Source: an uncultured virus (IMG/VR IMGVR_UViG_2576861513_000002)
Taxonomy: Duplodnaviria; Heunggongvirae; Uroviricota; Caudoviricetes
Length of the DNA stretch: 64,000 nt
Direction: 5' to 3' (one strand)
IMG/VR virus record: IMGVR_UViG_2576861513_000002
In this document: positions 1 to 9,453 of the stretch, one piece after another
Position numbering within the stretch: the stretch's first letter is position 1
Layout: each line of letters opens with the position of its first letter
Notes under the pieces: model-generated
Told to the model about the DNA's origin: nothing
Databases searched by the model: none
Seen by the model: the letters and a program-made list of their open reading frames with translations, nothing else
Made by a program: the position numbers and the translations under genes

Positions 1-477
1 TTATGCGACACTGTAAACCTCTTTGGCGCGCGTGGTGAACGCCTGAACCATATTCGAGGCCAGCTCTTTAAATATTCGGCCAAACGCCAGTTCGATCAGC
101 TTATTGGTAAATTCAAAATCCAGATGAAACTCAATGCGGCAGGCGTCAGCGCTCAGTGGCGTAAACTTCCACCCTCCCATCAGTTTTTTAAACGGACCAT
201 CCACCAGATGCATCAAAATACTCTGATTGCTCGTCAGGGTATTGCGCGTGGTGAACGTTTTGCTGATCCCCGCTTTGGAGACATCCACGGCCGCAGTCAT
301 CTGCGTCGGGCCGGATTCCAGCACCCGGCTACCGGTGCATCCTGGAATAAATTCCGGATAGGACTGAACGTCGTTCACTAACTGATACATTTGTTCCGCG
401 CTGTAGGGAACAAGCGCAGTACGGCTAATATGAGGCATAGCATTTTCCATGGTCACACAACAGACAAATAATAACAT
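1..477 (-). CDS. ratA: Ribosome association toxin RatA (START domain)
   Basis: MPHISRTALVPYSAEQMYQLVNDV...; divergent from smpB, conserved synteny. True start may be the downstream Met. Confidence 0.95.
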   Translation of the reverse strand: MLLFVCCVTMENAMPHISRTALVPYSAEQMYQLVNDVQSYPEFIPGCTGSRVLESGPTQMTAAVDVSKAGISKTFTTRNTLTSNQSILMHLVDGPFKKLMGGWKFTPLSADACRIEFHLDFEFTNKLIELAFGRIFKELASNMVQAFTTRAKEVYSVA

Positions 478-594
478 TTATCACCTGTTAAAAAAACGCT
501 AAGCCTTATCTCGTGCTAAGATAGCGCGTTAGACCTCACAGGACGCAATGAGGTGACTTTTTAAAATCAGATTACCGACGGCTTTACGACACTT

Positions 595-1077
595 ATGACG
601 AAGAAAAAAGCACATAAACCTGGTTCGGCGACCATTGCGCTCAACAAGCGTGCTCGCCACGAGTATTTCATCGAAGAAGAATTCGAGGCTGGCCTTGCGT
701 TGCAGGGCTGGGAAGTAAAATCGCTGCGTGCCGGGAAAGCCAATATCGGCGACAGCTACGTGATCCTGAAAGACGGTGAGGCCTTCCTGTTCGGCGCGAA
801 CTTTACGCCGCTGACCGTCGCCTCTTCACATTACGTTTGCGATCCTACCCGCACCCGTAAGCTGCTGCTGAACAAGCGCGAGCTGGAATCCCTCTACGGA
901 CGCATCAACCGCGAAGGCTTCACCGTAGTTGCGCTCTCTTTGTACTGGAAAAATGCCTGGTGCAAAGTGAAAATCGGCGTGGCGAAAGGTAAGAAACAGC
1001 ACGACAAACGTACTGACCTGAAAGCACGCGAGTGGCAGCTCGACAAAGCACGTATCATGAAAAACGCAGGACGTTGA
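595..1077 (+). CDS. smpB: SsrA-binding protein
   Basis: [24 protein letters not shown]...; directly upstream of tmRNA. Confidence 0.99.
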   Translation: MTKKKAHKPGSATIALNKRARHEYFIEEEFEAGLALQGWEVKSLRAGKANIGDSYVILKDGEAFLFGANFTPLTVASSHYVCDPTRTRKLLLNKRELESLYGRINREGFTVVALSLYWKNAWCKVKIGVAKGKKQHDKRTDLKAREWQLDKARIMKNAGR

Positions 1078-1166
1078 TTCTGCGCGCTTATTGTACTATT
1101 CAATAAGTTAGCGTTTCGGGCTGGTATCGAGGACGAGAAATCTGGTATACTGAGTTCAACACTATT

Positions 1167-1530
1167 GGGGCTGATTCTGGATTCGACGGGATTTGCGAAA
1201 CCCAAGGTGCATGCCGAGGGGCGGTTTGCCTCGTTAAAAGCCGCAAAAAAATAGTCGCAAACGACGAAAACTACGCTTTAGCAGCTTAATAACCTGCTAA
1301 GAGCCCTCTCTCCCTAGCTTCCGCTCTTAAGACGGGGATCAAAGAGAGGTCAAACCCAAAAGAGATCGCGTGGAAACCCTGCCTGGGGTTGAAGCGTTAA
1401 AACTAATCAGGCTAGTTCGTTAGTGGCGTGTCTGTCCGCAGCTGGCGTGCGAATGTAAAGACAAACTAAGCATGTAGTACCGAGGATGTAGAAATTTCGG
1501 ACGCGGGTTCAACTCCCGCCAGCTCCACCA
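1167..1530 (+). ncRNA. ssrA: tmRNA; tag peptide ANDENYALAA at 1257-1289
   Basis: Starts GGGGCTGATTCTGGATTCGAC, ends CTCCACCA, intact tag reading frame. Confidence 0.99.
1495..1530 (+). repeat. Prophage att site (ssrA 3' end)
   Basis: TTTCGGACGCGGGTTCAACTCCCGCCAGCTCCACCA repeated at 52519-52554 with 2 mismatches; last 24 bp identical. Confidence 0.95.
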
Positions 1531-1653
1531 CTTTTGATAGGACTGCAACCGGACAGCGGCAATAAAAACAGCCACTTACGGACACTGACCAGACAGTGCG
1601 CAGACCGAGAAAAGACAAAAATATGCACGTGAAATGCACGTGCACTTTAAAAG

Positions 1654-1683
1654 AACCCCAGATCTCACGGTCTGGGGTTTTTC
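1654..1683 (+). terminator. Intrinsic terminator after ssrA
   Basis: AACCCCAGA-loop-TCTGGGGTT followed by a T run. Confidence 0.75.
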
Positions 1684-1742
1684 TATTTGTAACTAAGGGT
1701 AACAAAAACACTTCCCTTTCTCGCGCTGCGCTCGCCTTGACA

Positions 1743-1782
1743 CTGTTTATTTTTACAGTAAAAATACTGTATACAACCACAG
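1743..1782 (+). promoter_or_regulatory. Two tandem LexA (SOS) boxes
   Basis: CTG-TTTATTTTTA-CAG (1743-1758) and CTG-TATACAACCA-CAG (1767-1782); TTGACA at 1737-1742; upstream of a dinI-like gene. Confidence 0.85.
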
Positions 1783-1801
1783 TGGTTTTCCGGAGGCTTT
1801 T

Positions 1802-2068
1802 ATGTTCGTTGAACTGGTTTATGACAAGCGAAATGTAGAGGGACTTGAAGGGGCCAGAGAGATTATCCTGGCAGAGCTGACGAAGCGAGTGCACCAGATC
1901 TTCCCTGATGCCGAAGTGAGGGTGAAGCCGATGCAGGCGAACGGCTTGAATAGCGATGCCAGCAAAAGCGATCGGGAAAAACTGAACCGCATGCTGGAGG
2001 ATATGTTTGAAGAGGCCGATATGTGGCTGGTTTCCGAGTTCCCGACAGTTCGCCAGGTTGGGCTCTAA
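1802..2068 (+). CDS. DinI/MsgA family protein
   Basis: MFVELVYDKRNVEGL...FEEADMWL; SOS boxes upstream. Confidence 0.88.
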   Translation: MFVELVYDKRNVEGLEGAREIILAELTKRVHQIFPDAEVRVKPMQANGLNSDASKSDREKLNRMLEDMFEEADMWLVSEFPTVRQVGL

Positions 2069-2323
2069 AATTTGCAGGCTGCCAGTCTCAACCTCCACTG
2101 GCGGCCTACATCATGTCTAACTGCTTTCAACCAAAACTACCTGAATGCTGCTCCTTGTTACTCGACAGTGATTTTGCCATTCTCGCGACAGCGATTCTTT
2201 CAAAAATGTAGAAACTTGATAAAGTAAACATTCAAAATCTTTTTCTTACTCTAATAGCTAAAGTTAACCATTACTCCAAGGGTTGAACAAAAAATGTCTA
2301 AACAGAAATAAGGAAATTTAACA

Positions 2324-3010
2324 ATGCATCTCTATAAATTTTTACCAACCGTTTATATGGAAAGTTTTTTCGAAACCGGATGTCTTCTATTGGGAACAGT
2401 TCATGATTTTAAAGATGTTGTTCGCCATGTCGGTTCTAGAGGGGATGATAATGAAGGGCTGCATAGGATAAGACGAGTCATTGATGAACCAGTGATTATT
2501 ACTGAGGGTAGCAATGAACCAATTGCATCTGAAATGTTTATTGTTAAATCAGGCGGGCGAACAATATTAAATACTGGCACAAAATTAACTCTTTCTAGAC
2601 GCGCCTCTGATTCGTTTTTATTTTGCACAAGTAATAAATATACAGAGGAGCTTTTCTTAAGATGGAATAAAGAAGATAGCAATAAGGACTCTTGCTATGT
2701 CATACATGATCCATTAGCCTTCACATCTGCTATAAGCAAAGTAATAAATAAATATGCACAAATAATTTATGACGGCCCAGTCGCCTACACTGATGACCCA
2801 ATACCGTATGATTCTCTTATATCAAAACTTGACCCACGCATAACTAAAAACAAAACAGAATTCTCTTGGCACTATGAGCATCGAACAATGTGGGCCCCTG
2901 TATTAGCCCCATATGTTAAGCTTTCGCCGTGGTTAATTCATGCGCCGGAAGCAAGAGAATTTTGTCGCCGTTATTCATCTTTAAAGAATGGGTCGATAAC
3001 TTATTATTAA
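2324..3010 (+). CDS. AT-rich prophage moron, hypothetical protein
   Basis: 228-aa ORF with AAGGA RBS, opposite strand to tail genes, followed by a hairpin. Confidence 0.75.
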   Translation: MHLYKFLPTVYMESFFETGCLLLGTVHDFKDVVRHVGSRGDDNEGLHRIRRVIDEPVIITEGSNEPIASEMFIVKSGGRTILNTGTKLTLSRRASDSFLFCTSNKYTEELFLRWNKEDSNKDSCYVIHDPLAFTSAISKVINKYAQIIYDGPVAYTDDPIPYDSLISKLDPRITKNKTEFSWHYEHRTMWAPVLAPYVKLSPWLIHAPEAREFCRRYSSLKNGSITYY

Positions 3011-3014
3011 CTTA

Positions 3015-3049
3015 TAAGAATGGCGAAATTAATCGTTTCGCCATTCTTA
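3015..3049. terminator. Bidirectional terminator
   Basis: TAAGAATGGCGAAA...TTTCGCCATTCTTA between convergent genes. Confidence 0.75.
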
Positions 3050-3059
3050 AGCTATCTTT

Positions 3060-3485
3060 TTAAGGTTTATCAGGCCATGTGATATCAGGTGCGGTAGATG
3101 TATCAACCGCCTCCAGTGCATCCAGATAATCAAGCCACACGTTATACTGTTCCTTCTCTGAATCTTTCAGTCGCCCCATTGCAACCTTCCCGGGCCACTG
3201 CTTACTGTTCATATAGTCGTTAGCTTGGTCAATCCTCTTTTGTTTTTCAGTATTGGCAGAGGCAACAAGTTCTTCATGAGTTGGCGGTGGAATATCAGCC
3301 CACGACGGCATTCCGTTTTTTGCCACCCTGACCTTACCCTCAGGCGGCGTTGCTGAGTATTCAAGATAAACGGAATCATCAACCTCTACGCCATCCTCAG
3401 GCCAGGAGTTTGCATCGCGATAGGCATCCTCCAGAGACACAGGGTAAAACGCGTTTTTCTTTGCACTATAAAAGTAATTTCCCAT
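3060..3485 (-). CDS. Tail fibre assembly chaperone (Tfa-like)
   Basis: C-terminal WLDYLDALEAVDTSTAPDITWPDKP motif. Confidence 0.92.
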   Translation of the reverse strand: MGNYFYSAKKNAFYPVSLEDAYRDANSWPEDGVEVDDSVYLEYSATPPEGKVRVAKNGMPSWADIPPPTHEELVASANTEKQKRIDQANDYMNSKQWPGKVAMGRLKDSEKEQYNVWLDYLDALEAVDTSTAPDITWPDKP

Positions 3486-3486
3486 T

Positions 3487-4401
3487 TCAATATCCTATTG
3501 CGAACCATTGTACGTAGATTGATGAGACTGGTTGCAAACCAGAAGGGATATTCCGGTTTAGTTGCCCAAGGTTGTATGCCGAAAAACCTGTTGTGGTTAT
3601 ATATCCCAATTGGATCATGCTCATTATAGGGGCTGTGCCCTGGTCATGCTCCGTAATAAACAGACATGCATTTGGAAATGTAATATTGAAGTTGACGGAG
3701 TTATCCGGCATTGATGGTGTAAGTGGTCCCGCCTTTCCCCATTGAATAATTAGACCGTTGGGTAGCTTGCACCATCCGTTTACGGATGTGGATAGCCCAA
3801 ACGATGACATATCAGGTATCTGATTCGCCCCGGTTCCTACATCGCGCACACCCGCAGACTTCACACCGATATTCGCTCTGAATGTTGCTGCATCAGGTAT
3901 ATCAGCACCGTTCTGGCTTTTGGCTAATTTCCCTGAGAGGGCATTATTAACAGATGAATAAAATGAAGGGTCATTATTAATTGCTGCTGCCAGTTCTCTT
4001 AATGTATTCAGTCCGTCAGGAGCATTATCAATAAGTTCATTCACTACATCACGAACAAATTTTGTGTTTGCAGCTTGCTCACCATAATTACCTGTATGAG
4101 TATCTGGTACTGTTGGCACGCCGGTAAAATTGGGGCTTTCTGCAAGCGCAGCGATGAATTGATTAATAAAACCGTTAATATTCCCGTTATCCAGGACATC
4201 CTGATTCGTTTTGTTTACCACATACTGAGCAATCGCGGCAGCGATAAAACTAGCCTGACGAATTGCTTTGTTTACCTGTGCACTGGATGCTTTGCCCGCC
4301 GTGAACCCAGAGAGCAGAGCGGGAAGGGCCTCCCAGTCAGCCTGTGATGTGACGTTAGCGTTAGGATCAAGTGCGAACGCTTTAAAGTTATTTGTTGCCA
4401 T
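3487..4401 (-). CDS. Tail fibre protein
   Basis: MATNNFKAF N-terminus, LNTLRELAAAINNDP, GWCKLPNGLIIQWG. Confidence 0.9.
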   Translation of the reverse strand: MATNNFKAFALDPNANVTSQADWEALPALLSGFTAGKASSAQVNKAIRQASFIAAAIAQYVVNKTNQDVLDNGNINGFINQFIAALAESPNFTGVPTVPDTHTGNYGEQAANTKFVRDVVNELIDNAPDGLNTLRELAAAINNDPSFYSSVNNALSGKLAKSQNGADIPDAATFRANIGVKSAGVRDVGTGANQIPDMSSFGLSTSVNGWCKLPNGLIIQWGKAGPLTPSMPDNSVNFNITFPNACLFITEHDQGTAPIMSMIQLGYITTTGFSAYNLGQLNRNIPSGLQPVSSIYVQWFAIGY

Positions 4402-5081
4402 TAGAGTATTGTCCCCCATGCTCCAACATCGAACCCGCCGATGTATTCGTTATCCATATCAAACCCAAAGAATTTAGAACCCTCGGATGGTGCTTCTACC
4501 GAGGGCGTTTCAACGTCACCGGCCCATACGCCAGCTGCTTTAACGGTGAGATAGCCCTGTTTGATAGCGGCGATCAGTTCGAGAGACACATCAGAAATAT
4601 CAGTCTCGGGAAAAACCCAGACCGAGATCGTCATGTCCTGGTTGTCGACGATTTGCATCTTCAGGCCAGAACCTGCGGTCGCAGCGTCAAGGATGGGTGG
4701 CAGCGAATCATTGCGGCCGTCCCAGTTGTTGATGGCGATTTTTGCTTTAAGAACGATGCGGTATGTCTCATCACTCAGAGTGGTGTAGCCCGCATCAGGA
4801 TCATACGGGCCTTGCCATACGCCCTGGTCATATCCGAGCCCGTCAGTGTCCCAGCTAAAATACACCCCGCTTATCGGCTGGCTGACGATGCGACTGCGAC
4901 CAATCCAGAGGCCAAGCGTATCGAGCTGGACGCCGACAGCGGTATCAATATCGAAAGCGCTTACCAGCCCCCGGGTGGCGCCGGTGATATCAATCAGTGG
5001 CCGCGTGCTCAGGTCAACGTGATCAAAAAATTTCGGCTTCGTGGCGTGATAGTTGGTGATTAGGTCCGTGTACTTGCTCAT
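4401..5081 (-). CDS. Baseplate wedge protein (DUF2612-like)
   Basis: FDIDTAVGVQLDTLGLWIG motif; lies between J and fibre. Confidence 0.88.
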   Translation of the reverse strand: MSKYTDLITNYHATKPKFFDHVDLSTRPLIDITGATRGLVSAFDIDTAVGVQLDTLGLWIGRSRIVSQPISGVYFSWDTDGLGYDQGVWQGPYDPDAGYTTLSDETYRIVLKAKIAINNWDGRNDSLPPILDAATAGSGLKMQIVDNQDMTISVWVFPETDISDVSLELIAAIKQGYLTVKAAGVWAGDVETPSVEAPSEGSKFFGFDMDNEYIGGFDVGAWGTIL

Positions 5082-6223
5082 GACGTCACCGTTAGAACAA
5101 TGTTTTCGGGTTTACACGACGCGGATTCGTTGTAGGCGATGATGATGTTTGCCGCCGCTACGCTACCGGCTGATTTGCCAATCAGCAGCTCCTGTATGTC
5201 GTAGTAGCGCGCATTGCCGCCACTCACTACGCCGAGGTTCGCCGGAGAATAAATCCTGCTCAGCAGCACATCGTCACCGATCGTCAGCCCGTTGATGTAA
5301 TCCGCGACAGCCTGCTGAATCTGTACGCCAATTTGCGACGTGTAGCCGTTGAATGCTTTCAGGGTGATATGTCCATAAATTGGCACATCAATAGACCGAG
5401 AAAAGCTGATCACGTGTGGATTGCCGTAGGTGTCCGGTACCGTGACAGAAGTTGTCCCGTAAGTTGCCGTTCCCTGCCCTTTGTTTCCCCGGATTGTCTG
5501 GGTTATTTCGGTAACATCCCCTCCATCGACGATGGCAGAAATGGAATGAGGCGGCAGCCCGTTGCTGTCGGTTGCACCAGTATCATTCTCGTAGAGCTTG
5601 TGACGCGTCACGCCTGCAACGTTGGCGATCGCACCGTCGACACCTTCAAACGGTGTGAGGGATGGTAGCGCTACGCTTTGCCCCTGCCTGATGCGCAGCT
5701 CTGCGTCCGTTTCAGCCGGTGCGCCTACGGTGGCCGCCGCCGGGTTGGTTACTGAAGCCCAGCCACGGGTCGGCGTGTTGATAGTGGTAATTGTCCCGGC
5801 CAGCGCCGCAACCGCTCCGCTGTTTGAACAGGTTGCAGTTACCGTCACGGTACCGCCGACACCGATTGTCACCGAGGCAGGAAGCCGCCAGATCACGTTA
5901 TTCGTGTCTTTCACGGTCCCGTTTGTGATGGATGTCCCGGCGGTACCGGTCAGAAGCAGATCCACGGTAGAGTTCGTCGCTCCCCGGCGCGCGATACCGT
6001 TAATTTTTACGTTACTCGTCAGTGCTGCACCGTAACCCGTAGCAGGTGAGAAGCAGTTATAAACGGAGATGGCCGTGTTGTTGGCATCGTGAATAGCCAG
6101 AGCCACCAGCGCCACCATCTGACCGTCTTTGCTGTCCGGCTCCAGATAAGCGTCACTGCCGTAAATCTGCTGGAAATAGCTTGTCAGGGTATCGAGTATC
6201 GTCTGGTAATCAGGCGCGCTGAT
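5078..6223 (-). pseudogene. Baseplate J-like gene, 3' part (interrupted by the satellite)
   Basis: Reads ISAPDYQTILDTLTSYFQQIYG...ETDAELRIRQ...; in-frame TGA immediately before ISAPDY; 5' part lies at 18911-18982. Confidence 0.92.
6207..6223 (+). repeat. Satellite att site (left)
   Basis: TAATCAGGCGCGCTGAT versus TAATCAGGCGCACTGAT at 18912-18928. Confidence 0.93.
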
Positions 6224-6316
6224 TCAATAACAATGATAATGTTATTGATATATATAGCTTTTATTTTAAAGGTAGTGAGAATCTAGTCCGTTAACTGTTC
6301 TTAGGTGTGCGAATTG

Positions 6317-6505
6317 CTATCTGCGAGGTGCAGGCTTACTCCAACGATATTCCGGGGCTGTCATGCGCTGGCGGTGCCTTTCCTTTGCGGCGAGCGCTCC
6401 TGCCACCCTGCGGCGTATCTCCAGCATGTCAGTAGCGTCTAAATCTCGCCCTTGCTTTGTTACCATCTCTGCTATTGCAGATTCGATTACATCAGATTTC
6501 AGCAT
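6317..6505 (-). CDS. Small basic hypothetical phage protein
   Basis: 62-aa ORF, co-oriented with the satellite genes. Confidence 0.65.
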   Translation of the reverse strand: MLKSDVIESAIAEMVTKQGRDLDATDMLEIRRRVAGALAAKERHRQRMTAPEYRWSKPAPRR

Positions 6506-6557
6506 GTAAGTTACTCATTACCAGAAGTGAAACTTAACGGCTACGGTCGCTCAACAT

Positions 6558-7082
6558 TCACCAGTACCGCCGGACAGTACTTAGCGAACATGACAGGCTT
6601 TCTGCTGCCAGCACCTGAGTTAATCCTGACCGTTTACAGCATTGTACCGCCTCACGCCGCTGCGCACTAATCCGCTCAAGACGTAGAGCACCATCAGTAA
6701 CCCGGCGCGTTCTCTGCTTTCGCTGCTCATGTCGAACTACCCGCTGCCTTTCCCTTTCCTCCTCTGCGGCTATCAGTATTTTTCTGGCCTCGATGTCTTC
6801 CGGGTAATTGTTGTACCAGTTGCGTTCGCGATACTGTGCTGGCCTGCTCCTGCTGAGTTTCGCTTCTTCCATCAGGCGCAGTATCACCCCATTGGCGGTA
6901 TCGCTGCGTGCTCTCAATTTCCTGACGGCTTTTTCAGAAACTCCAAAGTGAAAAGCCACCCGGTGATTACTCATAGCACGGTGCAGGTTCAGTACCGTGC
7001 GTAATACGTCAGTAAAGGTCTCCTCCGTCCACCAGATCCCCTTAAACCGGAAGCCATTTTCAGCGGCTGCTAAAACGTTCAT
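6558..7082 (-). CDS. Double-HTH DNA-binding protein; N-terminal HTH resembles helper TerS
   Basis: GAGG RBS; MSNHRVAFHFGVSEKAVRKLR and GLTQVLAAESLSCSLSTVRRYW. Confidence 0.65.
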   Translation of the reverse strand: MNVLAAAENGFRFKGIWWTEETFTDVLRTVLNLHRAMSNHRVAFHFGVSEKAVRKLRARSDTANGVILRLMEEAKLSRSRPAQYRERNWYNNYPEDIEARKILIAAEEERERQRVVRHEQRKQRTRRVTDGALRLERISAQRREAVQCCKRSGLTQVLAAESLSCSLSTVRRYW

Positions 7083-7352
7083 TTTTCCTCACTCTGTCCA
7101 CCATTGGCAAAAAACGGGACGTGCTCACGAACCCTCAAAAAGTCCGCGGCGTATCGATAACGGTAGAATGCGGCCTGCGCTCATGTGATATGCCGCACTT
7201 TGTCGGGCTACAGGCCGCGTCATTACTCATTTCTCCGCATTTTGTTGCTCACCCGTCCGGAAAGCGTGAAAAAGTGCGGTATTATCCAAAAATGGCTAGA
7301 TCGTCGCTTTCAGTCGATGAACCCGCATCACACCGGGAAAGTAAGGAGTTTA

Positions 7353-8378
7353 CTATATTCTCCTTACCCCTCCTCTCAGAGCGTTCTTGAGTGACGGTTT
7401 TTCGCGGAAAAGATGCCCGTAAATATTCAACGTCACCGACGGCCGGGAGTGGCCCACCATGTCCGACACGTCCAGAATATCAACGCCGTTTTTTACCAGG
7501 CTGGACACCGCAAAATGCCTCAGGTCATGAAAGCGCGCTATCCCGAATTCAGAGAGCAGGCGTTTCATCACGCCGGATGTGCTGTAGTTCAGGCTCAGCC
7601 TCTGTCCGTTGCTCCCGGCAATCAGCGGTGTATCCGTTCCCAGCAGCGTTTTATCGAGGCACTCATACAGGCCAACCGGCATATCGACGGAACGGCCCCT
7701 GCCGCGCTTTCTGCCCCGGATAATCCCGCGTGAAGTCAGATGGCAGCGAACCTGTATTTCGTCAGCGCTCACATCCCGATAGGTTAACGCCAACACTTCG
7801 CTGATACGCAGGCCGCAAGCCGCGCCCAGCCAGATAGCAATCCTTTCGCGCCGCTCTGCGCGATCCAGCATGGCTAACACGGTATCTTCATCCGGGATTT
7901 GCCACGGCCTGTCTGCCGGCGAACGGCTCTGACGAACCGGATTATGCGCAATCATCCCGGACCGCATGAGATAAGCAAAAGCCGCGCCGATGTACACAAG
8001 CGACTGTCGGTTAAGCCGCTCGCTAAGCTGGCGTGAAGTGATTTTATTCAGGTTTTTATTCAGCAGGTCAGACGGAAGGTTTAACAGGCAATAGCGGTAG
8101 CGGTCGTAACTGGTTGCCCTGATCCTGTTCCGGTTCAGCCTGTCACGCTGATATCCCAGCCAGAACCAGGAAAGTTTCTGCAGCGTCCAGCGTTTTACCG
8201 CCTCCGCATTGTCTGCCGTTCGCCAGTCGAGGGCTGCCACTTCCAGTTGATACAGCAGCGCCGCCGCATCGTCGATGCTGTGAAAGGTATTGCGTCGCCC
8301 GGTGCGGGTTTCTTTATCCAGCCAGTTAACGACATAACGCAGGCGCTTTCCGGCGCCAATCTCACGGATAGATGCCAT
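7353..8378 (-). CDS. Tyrosine recombinase, paralogue of helper 37363-38367
   Basis: GLRISE, HDLRH, GHS...YGH catalytic motifs; similar to the helper gene along its length. Confidence 0.9.
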   Translation of the reverse strand: MASIREIGAGKRLRYVVNWLDKETRTGRRNTFHSIDDAAALLYQLEVAALDWRTADNAEAVKRWTLQKLSWFWLGYQRDRLNRNRIRATSYDRYRYCLLNLPSDLLNKNLNKITSRQLSERLNRQSLVYIGAAFAYLMRSGMIAHNPVRQSRSPADRPWQIPDEDTVLAMLDRAERRERIAIWLGAACGLRISEVLALTYRDVSADEIQVRCHLTSRGIIRGRKRGRGRSVDMPVGLYECLDKTLLGTDTPLIAGSNGQRLSLNYSTSGVMKRLLSEFGIARFHDLRHFAVSSLVKNGVDILDVSDMVGHSRPSVTLNIYGHLFREKPSLKNALRGGVRRI

Positions 8379-8386
8379 GTTTCCCC

Positions 8387-8971
8387 CTACACACCCTGCA
8401 AAGGTAATTCCAGAGGACACCAGCTAAACACTGCTACCGGATGCTCATCGTTTCGCTGGCGGATCATGTTGATGAGAATATCCGCACGGGGTGATGACCT
8501 CATAATCGCGGCCAGCGTGGCTATTTTTGACGCCTCCGGGTTTCTCGCCTGATATTCGCCAATTTCAGCGCCCACAAGAGTTTTCAGCAATACATCGCCC
8601 TCCATGTCCGGATTTTCCCGCCGCATCTGGTCAAACTCTGCAGCGGCCGTCCGGCGGATAGGTATGTAAATCCGATCCTCTAAATCGCGTAATTTTCGGT
8701 GCGCATGCATCAGTACAGTGCCTCGTTTACCGCCCTCCTTCAGTTCCCCGAGTAATCCGGCGATGCGGCCACGAAATGCGGACACCTCGTCCTGTGGTAC
8801 AGGCGAATCAGGAATATAGCTCTCCAGAAGCGCTAACCTTGCCCGTATACGTTCTACAGCAGACACATTATTACTTACCGCTTCATCGGCCAGCACCTGC
8901 CTGTATGCAGGTAAACTTTCAATTTCCTGCGTATCAGAGCTGGTGTTTGCATTAGTAACACTATTTTTCAT
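8387..8971 (-). CDS. Hypothetical satellite protein
   Basis: 194-aa ORF ending 8 bp before the recombinase. Confidence 0.7.
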   Translation of the reverse strand: MKNSVTNANTSSDTQEIESLPAYRQVLADEAVSNNVSAVERIRARLALLESYIPDSPVPQDEVSAFRGRIAGLLGELKEGGKRGTVLMHAHRKLRDLEDRIYIPIRRTAAAEFDQMRRENPDMEGDVLLKTLVGAEIGEYQARNPEASKIATLAAIMRSSPRADILINMIRQRNDEHPVAVFSWCPLELPLQGV

Positions 8972-9165
8972 TTTAAGTTACCGTTCTCTCGGTCTGACAT
9001 TTAATACGGCTAACTCGATGGTTATTTTTTGCTCGTAAAACGCCATGAATCACCCAAATTAAAATGATACTAAATTGTTAACGCATATTCTTTTTGGGAC
9101 TATAAAAATGATTTTTATGTCTTTCCCATTGCATTTAGGACGTGTTTTAGAGAACTTGCTCTCAA

Positions 9166-9270
9166 GGTGTTCATGGTATTCATATTCGCGATATTAATCA
9201 TAATATTCATATAGATAAAGCATGAACACCAGTATTCATAACCCTTCATAAGTGTACATAGGTGTTCATG
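9166..9270. repeat. ATGAA(C/T)AC iteron cluster (crr/ori-like)
   Basis: Exact copies at 9167, 9176, 9222, 9232, 9262 plus variants, in AT-rich intergenic DNA. Confidence 0.75.
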
Positions 9271-9453
9271 CCCGCCGTTATTTACATAACATTTTATTAA
9301 CAGTAAATCCGTATGAACTTCTCTGCAATTGTCTTTCTACAATGGTGCTGTTGCTGTCGAGGTGTGGCTGGCTGTTTAAATCATCCTGCCATGTACGAAC
9401 ATTCTCTTTTTCTTCTGCCTCATGCTTTTGAGGCTTAATCTTTTCGATGTTAC

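Noticed and set aside
894..2098. ORFs overlapping smpB, ssrA and dinI (894-1205, 1466-2098, 1596-1838)
   Set aside because: They overlap known RNA, regulatory and coding features; no supporting signal.
3060..4401. Invertible tail-fibre cassette or diversity-generating retroelement
   Set aside because: No invertase, reverse transcriptase, inverted second fibre or template repeat seen.
8387..8971. Terminase small subunit
   Set aside because: No visible similarity to helper TerS or an HTH motif.
9278..9300. dif-like site in the satellite (ATTTACATAA)
   Set aside because: Imperfect XerD arm and no XerC arm at 6-8 bp spacing.
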